A stretch of 63,347 bases of DNA, counting the filler, from Phoronis australis (lineage: Eukaryota > Animalia > Phoronida): assembly GCA_002633005.1 (NCBI GenBank). It is 9 parts of 9 records of this genome, joined end to end, with 100 filler letters (N's around TTAATTAATTAA, not from the genome) between each part and the next. Parts side by side here need not be neighbours in the genome. Positions count along the whole stretch, not along the records: positions 38,244 to 40,323 come from NMRA01000823.1; positions 40,424 to 43,684 come from NMRA01003117.1; positions 43,785 to 57,938 come from NMRA01001276.1; 6 more parts are not named here. One strand, 5' to 3'. How positions within the stretch are numbered: position 1 is the stretch's first letter; each line of letters begins with the position of its first letter. The notes beneath the pieces were generated by a model, which made no database searches, was not told the DNA's origin, and worked only from the letters and a program-made list of their open reading frames with translations. The position numbers and the translations under genes were made by a program. Below are positions 38,382 to 49,714 of this stretch, one piece after another.

Positions 38382-39284
38382 TTGAGAAACACAAATATGT
38401 GCTTATTTCCAAAATTATGACACCCGCTTTGATATTTCAGAGACATAAAATTTTTAAGAGGGGGGGGGCTCTAAATCTGCCACTGAAATTCTCATTTGAA
38501 AAATGGCCACAATGATTGTTCTGGCTCTGATATCGTTGGTAAAAGCAAAAAAAACTTACTGTGTAACGCTCCTTAGTCTGCTGTGCTTGAGATGAGATGT
38601 TCTCACCTGCGTTCACTGTTGAGTTCGGTAATTAAATGGTAAAAATCGGTAACCTGTCGTCGATTGGCCCTGCACAACCCTCAATTTTTAAATTATGTGG
38701 GTATATATTATTTTGAAAGGGTAGCCAGATATTAGTGCAGAAAATAAAGTCTTGCGTAGTGTGTATATGTTAACAAAAATAAATCTAGCAATGCACCCGA
38801 GTTGTTGTAAAACGATCTAATCGATGAACATGAAACGAACAGCTGAACTAGCAGAAGTAAACAAAGGTCACGTGAATAGAGGTCACCTACTCTGACAAGA
38901 GTAAAGGTCACCTACTTGACCTCCCTGCGCGCGCACACACCCTAGCTCTTCCGGGTGTAGTGGGGAAAAGAAGCGTGGCCTTTTCGCGGACGGCAGCGAA
39001 CTCCAGAAGGCCCAGACGATCTTGTCACGTGGTCTCGATGGTTGACTCGTCACGTGATCGGAGTATGACCTCGGCTGGGCTCTTCTGGCGTTAGATGTCG
39101 CACCAGGCCAAGACCAACATTGACACGAAAAGGACATCACAACATAGAGACGCCACAGCCGAGACTGACGTCGACATTTACTACATGTTTTTGACAGAGT
39201 GAAGAAAAGGTTACAAATCAAGTGATGTGTGTTTTGCTAGGCAAAACCCAGTGAGAACTGTTCTATGCCTCCTAACGCTATACT

Positions 39285-39341
39285 GCAGAATGGTGAATGT
39301 TGGCCAATTCCCCCGGCCTTTTGTCCACTGACGTCACAAGC
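39285..39341. repeat. Dispersed repeat fragment, inverted copy at 42792-42843
   Basis: cagaatggtgaatgttggccaattcccc..ttttgtccactgacgtcacaagc is the reverse complement of gcttgtgacgtcagtggacaaaaggggaatttgccaacattcaccattctg. Confidence 0.8.
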
Positions 39342-40423
39342 NAGAAAAGTAACTTTGAACTGAATCACTTTTTAAGCATTTCCCCATCCAAATACACATA
39401 AAAAGTGGGGGTGTCTAAAAAACTACAAAAATATTTTTTGGGAAAATAAAAAATGCATTTTTCTTAAAGATTTAGATCACTGAATGAAATCATAGGGCCA
39501 AAACGTCAAAGTTTTGACATGCTTCCGCCATCGTTTGCAGATTTTCTCAAATAATGCCTCTTAAAGAATTGTTTCCACTTTTACTTGATGGGTATCAAAA
39601 AAAGATTTTTGGTGTTTATGAAAAAAAATCAAAAAGTTGCATCGAACGAAAACAAAATAATTCAGAAAACTGTAACAGCATTTTTGAAATTTCTATCGAG
39701 CGAAATTTGGTCTTGTTATCGATACCGTTGTTTTGTTATGGTTGTATCTTTCCTTTTCACTAAATTTTTTGAAAAGACATGGTCAAATAATAGTACATTC
39801 ATTCTACATGCTTTCTACTTTCAGAAAATATATACTTTTATTCAATTAAAATTATTGTTTTGTAGACATTTGGCTATATACATGGACAAGTCAATAGGGT
39901 CCTACATAATCTTTAGTAGCAAAGCTACATACAACAATAGGGTCATGGCAAAATCACCACCAAATTCCAACTACAGAGACAACTTGAGAAACCTCACTCA
40001 ATCTATAGGGTACCTGTGTGATTATATAAAGAAGAAAAGTTAATTTGATCCACCAAAAAAAAGATTCCATACCACTATCAATGTTTTAAAGACTCTGTAT
40101 GGCTATTGAAAGTTGCAAGAAGGGGGTTCTTGAAGTAAACCCACTTGGTTGTTGCTTTTTGTTCTGATAACACTCCAGAGAATATTTAGCGGCAAAGATA
40201 ACCCAAACCCAACAATTGAATTCAAAATAAGAAAAAAATATTCTCAAAACACTAAAAGTTAGCAATATGAGATTGTCATCAACAATAGTAACAAAAGTTT
40301 ATATACAGAACTTAAAGTAAATANNNNNNNNNNNNNNNNNNNNNNNNNNNNNNNNNNNNNNNNNNNNTTAATTAATTAANNNNNNNNNNNNNNNNNNNNN
40401 NNNNNNNNNNNNNNNNNNNNNNN

Positions 40424-41036
40424 GTTGGGGTATTGTAAAGTAAATTGGAAAAAACTCACCGGTATGGCAATTTCTATGTAAGGTGAAAAAATTGCAAAAA
40501 CCACAATGCAGTGTTCAAATGGTGGTCTCCGGCTGATCGGACTCCGAGCCACGCGCCAGGATAACAAGCGTTTTGTGTGTTTAGAACTTAAAAAATCACA
40601 AGTCTAACCCAGATCTAGGTTCTCCTGTCTGTATATCATGGAAAATACTTTGAATTTATCTCTGAATAGACCCCAAACTCCTGCTATGGACCTTATTGGC
40701 CTGCCGAAGTTTGTCGGCCGCGCTACAGTGTGTCCAAATACCAATAAATCTGTAACAGCAAAATAAAACAACACATTTTTATAAGAACTCGGTGTATTTT
40801 AAGGGGTATAAATCAAAGTTTGATGATTTATTGGTGTTAAATGATGAATTCAAGCGATAAGCTGACACCAGTTACCCGTGTTAAGAACTACAGACTGCGT
40901 GTGAAAAACTTACGTTATCGGATAATTTCAACACCTCCGTCTGCCGTCAGGTAACGTAACCGTACGTGCCGTTATCGAGTAGAATACTCCATCTAAATTG
41001 ATACAAATTAGTTTTGTTTTTGGGTGGCATGCTCCT
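40424..41036. mobile_element. Kolobok-like non-autonomous element end
   Basis: Terminus ...TTTTGGGTGGCATGCTCCT|TTAA (TTAA target, AGG.. start on the minus strand). The other end is cut off by the scaffold edge. Confidence 0.5.
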
Positions 41037-41165
41037 TTAATCAGTGGTACCTAGCTGTATTTTGACAACAGTCTTCAAACAGCTAGCTGCATGGCTGCAA
41101 TCAGTCGACAAGTGTGAGGCATAATTCGCCAAAAACCTTTTGGCACATGAAGGGCCTATGGGATG

Positions 41166-41273
41166 GCACTGGTCAAGTATAGCGGTCCCTATTTAGAGAA
41201 CCAGTTTCATCCACTAAATAACGGCCCGTTATTTGGCGATTGCCTGGTTCTCATCACTATATTCGACCAGTGC
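41166..41273. mobile_element. Small foldback element
   Basis: gcactggtcaagtatag ... ctatattcgaccagtgc outer arms; inner gagaaccag / ctggttctc and aaataacgg-c-ccgttattt. Confidence 0.65.
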
Positions 41274-41373
41274 AGGGATGGCCACCATTTTTAGGCCTAG
41301 CCTACTTGAGACAGTGGCACTGTCCTTTTGCACAGGCCTCCTCAGCTGCTGATCATTGTCCCCAATACACTAT

Positions 41374-41457
41374 TGTATCATCAGACATCAGCGTTATAGT
41401 ATAACGCTGATGTCTGATGATACACTCTACAGACAGTATAACTTATACTGTCTGTAG
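41374..41457. repeat. Two adjacent perfect palindromes (25-bp arms and 15-bp arms, 1-nt spacers)
   Basis: tgtatcatcagacatcagcgttata-g-tataacgctgatgtctgatgataca (41374-41424) and ctacagacagtataa-c-ttatactgtctgtag (41427-41457). Confidence 0.97.
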
Positions 41458-42264
41458 ACAGTGCAATGATACGTCGTAACGTAACTCATGACTGGAGAAA
41501 AAAGAATCTTGTAGGACTATTGAACTTTTGTGGCCACCTTTGATCGGCGTCAATCGACACATTCATCATTGATGACGGGAGATTGAAAAAGTGCTGGACA
41601 CGAATGATTCAATGACAATGATATACTTACAACTACTAGAAATGCTTGTTTGACTGACATCGTCACTTCACTTTTCAGCACGTTTGCCCACTAGACTAGA
41701 ACGACGTCACTGCTAAAAAACACGTAATTGTTTACAATATGACGACAATGACTTAGACACGTTCCAGTGCAACAATCCTTAAGACTTCTTTTTTAATAAA
41801 AGTTATGACAACGTTCGATAAAATTAATCGACAACAGCAACTTAAATTTCAGGGAGCTGAATGAAGTGTACCTCGGCCTTGCGCATGCGTCGATAACACA
41901 ACCCAAACAAACGGGAATTTCCCATGTTTTGCCTAACCTGGTTCCCGGGCCTCATAAGATGACGTCACGGATAACTTGTGAAGGCCCAGGTACAGGATAC
42001 GATGGACTTCATTGGCTGTCAGCTGGCAATTTTTAACCAGGAAGTTGGTTCTGCGCATGATTACATCCGGTAATACGTTACTAGGTCGCTAGGTGTCGCG
42101 AAAGTAAAAGTTATTTTGCGAGTTGCGACTGTGGTTAAAGTATTTTTTTATGATTTTTCCAGAGTCGCTATGTTTTAGTGTGTTTTTTAAATAATGTTGC
42201 ATGTCATACCTCTCAGAAAATTAATATTGTTCCAATAAATTAAGAAAATTGGAATATTCATTCT

Positions 42265-42677
42265 CGCGATCCTGCAACACCATCCAAATGTTCTTCTGTG
42301 TTACACACGGCAAAGCCAAAGTTTTATCCCCACGCGAAATAACCTCGTTTACGCTCGACTAAAAAGGAATCTTTCAATCATAATTAATTGATACTATATA
42401 CCATTCATTATTATATACCATGCATTATGTTTTTAGAAAAAAAACGATACTCAACGTCCCGCAATAAATANCGCGATCCTGCAACACCATCCAAATGTTC
42501 TTCTGTGTTACACACGGCAAAGCCAAAGTTTTATCCCCACGCGAAATAACCTCGTTTACGCTCGACTAAAAAGGAATCTTTCAATCATAATTAATTGATA
42601 CTATATACCATTCATTATTATATACCATGCATTATGTTTTTAGAAAAAAAACGATACTCAACGTCCCGCAATAAATA
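42265..42677. other. 206-bp exact duplication across a single N (overlapping contig ends, assembly artefact)
   Basis: 42265-42470 is repeated at 42472-42677, with N at 42471. Confidence 0.9.
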
Positions 42678-43448
42678 CAAGTCCGTTCGCCAGCTTGGCT
42701 CGGCCGTTGCTAGGCTGGATAATAATACTACCGGGTTCATGAACTCGGTTTATTTACGAGTTCTCAGGGCCTCCACTGGGGGCGCCAGTATGCTTGTGAC
42801 GTCAGTGGACAAAAGGGGAATTTGCCAACATTCACCATTCTGCCTGTTTGTGTTACACGCTTCTGGAAAATTCCCCAAGTGAAGCAGTTCTCAGTGGCTT
42901 AGAAGAGGAAAGAATTACTGATTCCTGTATCTTCCTAAAATATTCGAGCACCAGCCTTCAGAAGGTGAGCATGAGCTTTTAAAAGACGTTTTGTAAGAGG
43001 GTAGGCTTGCGCAATTCGGAATTTGTAGAATTTGGACTGATCAGATTTCTTTGATCTCGCGCACATCTGAAATCTCAACTTTACCGAGATTTCTTTGGTG
43101 AAATTGGAGACAGCGTGATGGTTCAAGCGTAGATTTCTTGTCTGAGTTTGGAAGGCTCATATGTTACAAATCAGTTGACCTTGCCTGGCAGCCTGGCTTA
43201 TCTCTCGCAGGCGTCCTCAGCTTCTTATCGTTCACAATACACTATAATAAAAAAAAGTATAATATTATAGTCCGATTACCTCTCGTCGTCAGTCTTCTAA
43301 GGTCGTCCGCCATCTTGTTTCGCGTGTGAAGTATTATCTGGCCGGTTAGAATGTAATGATCAATGGTGATAGCTTGATCTTGTAGCAGGTGCTAAGTAAG
43401 TAAGTATGATTACGCATAAGATATCTTAGTAAGCTAGTGTCCTAATAT

Positions 43449-43682
43449 TTAAACAAAATCCTTGTAGCGAGATGGTCTTGAAGTCTTTCGCTCAGATCTC
43501 CTGATGATGGACTCTGGTTCAGCTACTGCTGGTGTACTGCGAGAGTCCTCTGATGTGGCAGTAGATGCTGAGTGAGTAGGCGTGTCGTCGCTGAAATGAA
43601 CACGTTTTGGCATCATGTCTCGCAAATGATGTCTATTGCGGCGAAGCCTAGTGCCATTTGGGGTTTCGACGATATAACTGTC
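43449..43682 (-). mobile_element. Second Ty3/Gypsy integrase C-terminal fragment (cut by scaffold edge)
   Basis: DSYIVETPNGTRLRRNRHHLRDM...RRSERKTSRPSRYKDFV*, the characteristic SYxV..xG..RRNRxHL module and RRSxR..P.RYxDF tail. Absent from the ORF track. Confidence 0.85.
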
Positions 43683-43924
43683 CGNNNNNNNNNNNNNNNN
43701 NNNNNNNNNNNNNNNNNNNNNNNNNNNNTTAATTAATTAANNNNNNNNNNNNNNNNNNNNNNNNNNNNNNNNNNNNNNNNNNNNATTCGATTTTATTTCC
43801 TTTCAATAGTTGAACAAAAGTTTATAAACCGATGTCAAGACCTGAGTTGCCAGTGGTGAACGAACAGCGAACAGTAAAATGTTTGTTTGGCCAAAGTTCA
43901 CCCGTTAAGTCATAAAATGGTAAT

Positions 43925-44132
43925 TGCCGACCAAGGACACGCTTAATCCGAATTGGTCGTCTACGCTAGGCGACCACTTAGCCGACCCAAGTGCCGACCA
44001 CAGAGGCGACTCAGTAGACGGCTCCTAGCCGACCGTTGTTGGTCGGCTGCTGGTCGGCTAGACGACCGGTCGACGGCCGGTCGTCGACCAATTTCCGACC
44101 GGTCGGCCAAAAATTCGTGATGTGTGCTGTAG
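43925..44132. mobile_element. Harbinger-like MITE remnant built from GCCGACC/GGTCGGC motifs
   Basis: Dense direct and inverted gccgacc/ggtcggc/gtcgac motifs ending in gatgtgtgctgtagg. Confidence 0.5.
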
Positions 44133-44341
44133 GTAAATTATATGGACGAACGTTTCATTGCGTGTACGTATTCCTACGTGTGATAGAAATCTAGTTCGGC
44201 AAAGAAACACGATGAAAAATGACAGAATAAGCGGTATAATTCGGTGGAATGAAAATACATCACTCTGATCATGCCGAGACCAAATCACTACCCATTTTTT
44301 AACACACAACATATGACCTATTTTTACTTTAACAACTTTGA

Positions 44342-46831
44342 ACTCGGACGATCTTACGTTTTGTAAAAATTCATGATTGTTTATGCAAGTTTATTGTCAA
44401 TATTTACAATACATTTGGAGCAGAGCCCGAAGAAGAAGAATGTATCAAAGCCCTCCACGCAGATGTCCAGGGAATACGCGATGAAATTAAATGGATCGTC
44501 CAAGAAGTGTCCTCTGAACTTCCACAGCTTGAAAAAGGCAAGCCAATATTTTGTACCATTGCTACATGCTATAGCCGCTTGCCAGACACGATCGCACGAC
44601 TTGCAGCGAGAAACTTGGCTTATGAAAAGGAAATGTTAAGCATCATCGGTGTCAACGTAGGCCAACCGTTGATTCCTGTTTCAACATTCCGAATGGACAC
44701 CCTTTCACTTTTCCGGTGGCGGCCATTTTGATATTGTATCATCGCGTGTAAGTACTGATCCACAGATTGTTGCGTGTCTTGCGTACACACTGGTGCAGGT
44801 GTGAACTAACTTAAAACACCAGCAAAATCTTGAGTGAGTCACACACGATCTTGCTGGATCACTAGTCCCTTGTATTGTTGGGCGACACCTGAGAGTGAGG
44901 TTGTTCTGAATCTTGATCACCATGATAAATGCTTCTGAAATGGTGTCCCGTTTCACTGGGCCTACGCAAGTTAATGTCGTCCCGGACAATCAAACGACAG
45001 ATGACCGTAATATTTTCGGGCGCAATGACTGCTACATACTTCAGGTTTTATATCTACTTACAAGTTCAATTCTTTCTTTGCAGACGAACTGCCACATCCC
45101 GTCGAGGTTGTCAAGGAGATAGCCACCATTGAGTACATGAGTAAGAAGATTGACAGGGAGATCGTTCAGCTTTTTCGTGGTGTTATTGCCATGTTTTGTA
45201 AGTTGAATTTGTATGCCACGTATTGTAAGTTTAATTTATAACATTGGACCTTTCATTCTTTGGGATCTAATCATGCTCGCGAAGTACGATTTACACTTAC
45301 ACCAACTATTCAGATACTTCTGTCTGAAATTTGAAGCAGTATTAAATCAGACGCTTGAAAGTAATTCAGAAAAATCCTCACATTTTTCGAGCTGTTTTAA
45401 GATTTATATGTAACCAACCTCGGAATCATCAAAACTGTATCTCAGAAATGTCTGATTGTAATTTGAAGCCACGGAATACCGTGGTGTTTCGCTTATGGCC
45501 GCCCGCACTCTCAATTTTGTTTGCTTAAGCTTTTCTGGCAGCCGAGATTCAGTTGGGAGTTCATTTTTTGTCATCCGGCCTACTTTAGTTGGATACTTAT
45601 TCTCACCGTAATAATGCGCTTGACACTAAATCGATTTATCACGTGTCTAAACCAAAGTAGATCACTTTGAACTTAAGTTTGTTTTTCGCCCTGTTTAACT
45701 GGATGATAACGAAAATCAAATTGGGCCTTTTACTATCATAACATTGGTTACGTCATATTCCATACTGTAACAGAATTTCGTTTTTTCATCAACATGAACA
45801 TCGGAACCATCAACGACTCAAGGAAAAACTTCAAATTTTATTGGTGTTGGCCAACCCAAAAATTGTGAATTGAAAAATGGCGCGTGCTCGCATTGACTGT
45901 GACTTAACGTAATCGAGTATAGAATCCTATCAGGGTAGGGATCATGTTGAGACCGATCTCATGAAAATAAAACGCTTTTCGGTTTTCTTTTTCTGGCCAG
46001 CTATAAACAAAAGCAATGCAGCTTGGAGTTGAGATCGGAGACTGGCCCAGCAATAAATGGCTCATTCACGTTATATCGAATTCACGGAAAAAACGTAACG
46101 AATTGCAAAACTTCATACGCTCAGATTTCCAGAAGGTCAACTTCTCGAGAGAATGGGCTGCAAGAGATGACGAAAAACAACAACTAATTGAAAGCAACGG
46201 CCAGACAAACTTCAGCATATTTCAGCCAACGTGAAAAATTACCCGAATGTATGAATACTCTGAACCTATTCGTAGTATACATGTACACTTATGTAACATT
46301 TCAGCGTTCCTAAACAAGCCGGACACGGACAAACCCGCCCCCCAAAAAAACCAGGTTCTGTCGACGTTGCATTCCCTGATTGACGAAGTTTTTGCTCTCA
46401 AACGCTTTCGCTCCAATGGCATACAAAATGCTTTGGAAAAGGTAATTTTTTGTATGTTCAGTGACATAACACATGCTGACTAAGGCTTTTTTGTTTTCTT
46501 CTGTACCCATAAGTTTTCTCGTTGTTAGAACATTAGAAGTGCTTGCTTCTTATGGTCCGTTTTAAATTTTTGGTGCTAATTATCTTTTTCGTACGATAAT
46601 TTCTATGTTTTAACCTCTTGAAATGGGCTTAGTCCACGCTTTCGCCTTTCATAATAAACATTGATACGTGCACTTTTTCTTGGTAGTCGATCTGCCAAAG
46701 ATTGACTTGTTATCTCTGAACTTTAACAGGCAAAGGAGAGAAAAGACTTCTTGACCTTGGAAAATGACGAAGAAGCGGACCGGAAGCGTCGTAGCGTACC
46801 TCGTGAGACGATGAAAGCTAATCGAAAGTAA
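44342..46831 (+). CDS. Unidentified spliced-looking gene or pseudogene (candidate exons 44342-44731 open frame, 45084-45197, about 46001-46230, 46305-46441, 46730-46831)
   Basis: Good splice signals at ttgcag|45084..45197|gtaag (phase 1-1), ttcag|46305..46441|gtaat and aacag|46730..TAA (last two in phase). Translations are helical and charged. Some junction phases are unresolved and no family was recognised. Confidence 0.4.
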
Positions 46832-47494
46832 ACCGATTAGTCGAGAACGTGTTTCCGTTGGAATCGAGTTCACGTTCGGATGTCAGAGAAGACCGGAAAC
46901 TCCCTACAACATTCATTATCTTGAAACAACACAATGGGAATTAACTACAAATAGTTGAAGACTTACCAACTTATTGATATGAGTTCATATAAATTTCACT
47001 CTAGAAATAAACATTTTCAAATTATCAGACGTTTGTTTTAGTTGCGACTATGTATCAAAAATTGTACAGTTTTGATCGTTTGCAACATCAACAACATCCA
47101 ATGTGATTCCTCAAAGTAGACGTATTTCGATCATTTAAACTATACCCTCTCTTTAGACATTTGAAATAGTTTAACACCTGTTCTAAGCGTGCATGTGTTT
47201 GTTACACGCGTTATTTTGAATGTACACGCAAACGCCTTAACAGGAGCATAATAAATGATGACAGGAGCATTCGTAATTTTAACAAACACGTTTTAGTCAA
47301 GACGAAGTGAAATTAAGGTTGCATGTCACAGTCGTGCACAAAATTAACCAAGACACAGATTCAGGTAGAACACAAGGGGTTCGGGGCCCCATCTAATGAC
47401 GTTGACAGCATACCGCCTCCTCCCCCCGCCTTCCAGCTTCCTAGATCCGTAAGAGTCAGCAGTCACCACTTTCTACTTAAAGGACGGAATCAAC

Positions 47495-48102
47495 AATTGG
47501 TCGGACTTCAAACCACTTGCCCGGATTTCAAAACTACTAGCTGACTGGACTGCAAAACCGATTGGACTTTGTTCTAACTTTTGGTGGTCGGACCTCAAAA
47601 TGGGTTGGCCGGTACCTCAAAACAAGATGGCCGCACCCAAAAAACTGGTTGTGCCGACCTCTATAACGGGTTGGCCGGTGATCAAACAGAATAGCCGATC
47701 AAGTCACCGATTTTGAACTAAACAAACAGACCTGTACGAAAACTAAACACTAGATGTCACTTGAATCTGTCGTGTTTGATCATCGGCCAACTGGTTGCAG
47801 CACCGGCCATCGTGATTTGAAGTCCTGCCAACACGTTTGATCACCGACCATCTGGTTTTGCAGTCCAGCCGATTTGTTTTCAAGTCCGACGAATTCTCTC
47901 GTATGCGCTNAAAATAAACACTAGATGTCACTTGAATCTTTCCATTGAAAGGTAGTTTTACTGTCGTGTTTGATCATCGGCCAACTGGTTGCAGCACCGG
48001 CCATCGTGATTTGAAGTCCTGCCAACACGTTTGATCACCGACCATCTGGTTTTGCAGTCCAGCCGATTTGTTTTTAAGTCCGACGAATTCTCTCGTATGC
48101 AC
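47495..48102. mobile_element. Foldback-type element with inverted arrays of ~21-bp subterminal repeats; right arm duplicated across the N at 47910
   Basis: Left arm gtcggacttcaaa/ctggactgcaaaacc/tggccggtgatcaaac versus right arm gtttgatcaccgacca/ggttttgcagtccag/aagtccgac. Confidence 0.65.
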
Positions 48103-48722
48103 TTTTGCCCTCACACACTTTTCCCGTCTCTAGGACACATTTCCTTATTCGTGCACGGACCACCCCTGCTCACGCACAATGTTCTGTGCTCGAGGTGCCA
48201 CTTCTCACGTAACGGACAAACTTGTCGACAGAACTGCTGACTGCTTCCGTTGCTGTCTTTTTTCAATGGCTTATTTCAGAATGTTCGCGAGACGCGAAAA
48301 GTGATCCGGTATGGGGAATAGCGTGCGCGAGTGGGATTTTGTTAGCGGACAATTAGCCCTAGCCGTGCGCCTTCAGCAGTGAACAAGTCCCACCGTCGGC
48401 TCCTGCCCCCCCGTGAGGGACTCTCCTGGTCATCTCGACAGNATACAAATGATAAGTTTTGAAAAATCAACAGATGACCTGGATAACCTGGAATTGACAT
48501 AGGCTCCCTTTTACGCAGACATAACCAAAAATATAATAATAAACATACGGCATATCTATTTTAAGGCACACGCGAGCGTTGTTCTTCGTGACTGTTCTTG
48601 CCTCCTGTTACAATGTCGTAGATCTGCTAGCGTGTTTAACAACTTCTACCTTTATTAACACCGACATAAGACGTTTCTTTAACAAACGCATCCAGAGCCC
48701 TTACGTAAGATCAAGATAACTG

Positions 48723-48877
48723 GCTCCCGTTCAGTAACACTAGGACCTCGCTAAAAGCAATTTTTCGTGAGATTACGTGAGATGTTGCCGTGTATTTTAA
48801 ATGAGAACACCTGGCTAGATTTTTGCTATATCCTAGCGTAGAAACTGGCTTAGATCCTAGCGTTACTGAACGCACGC
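48723..48877. mobile_element. MITE family B, copy 2, Harbinger/PIF-like
   Basis: CTG|GCTCCCGTTCAGTAAC...GTTACTGAACGCACGC|CTG: terminal inverted repeats with a 3-bp CTG target-site duplication. Confidence 0.8.
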
Positions 48878-49375
48878 CTGAACAGGACGAGTCACTTCCA
48901 CCTAAAAGTAAAGCACATTCACACATCGAAAAAAAGAAACAAACAAACAGAGGCAAAGAAAATTAATGACAATTAAAACTACACTGATTACCCCCATCAT
49001 TTAGGTATGCAAGCGGGAAATGAATTCACTCTCCAAACCATGAGTTTCATAATTCCTTACAGTGGTAAGACTTGATTTCCGTTACTAAGAATAACAGATT
49101 TGAGCATCAAAAACTATCAGCTAGCCAAGAAAATACTTTATAATGTTTCTCAGTTTAGGGGGTTGGCCAACCCTACTCAAAAGAACGTATTTATGGCCCA
49201 TGCGCATTGCTTTTGATTTGATTTGAAGGCTCGACGTTCGGCAACACTTCAGGATCGATTGAGTGTGACAATGTTTTTAAATCTCAAAGCGATAGTTATC
49301 AGCTCACCGGACGCAGACGGCCACATAGCTACAAGCTGAACTCAGTGTTAGTCTCTTTCGCAGTGAAACGAAATG

Positions 49376-49714
49376 TAGCACTGTCGAATGTTGTTTAACA
49401 TGGCTTCACTTTGATTAAAGTAATGAGACCGACGTCATAACATTCAGTTATTCCCATTGGTTGAAATCTGAGGTAGCCGCTTTCAGTACCGAATATGACA
49501 ACCAGTTTTTACTCAGTATTTTATTAAAACGGGCAGTGGTCGAAATAAACAGAATCAAGAAAACCCCGATCCAGTTGCTTAAGCCCTAACATGTACAGTA
49601 AATAAAAGTTGTGCAAGTGGTGGCGATGCGCATTGATGCACACACACGGAATTCCGTGTGCCGTTCATCACTTTCCCGCAGGAACACTTTTCAGTATAGG
49701 TGGCGCTGTATCAG
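49376..49714. repeat. Dispersed repeat family A, copy 2
   Basis: Same orientation as 9251-9631; perfect 18-bp palindrome CACACGGAATTCCGTGTG at 49643-49660. Confidence 0.85.
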
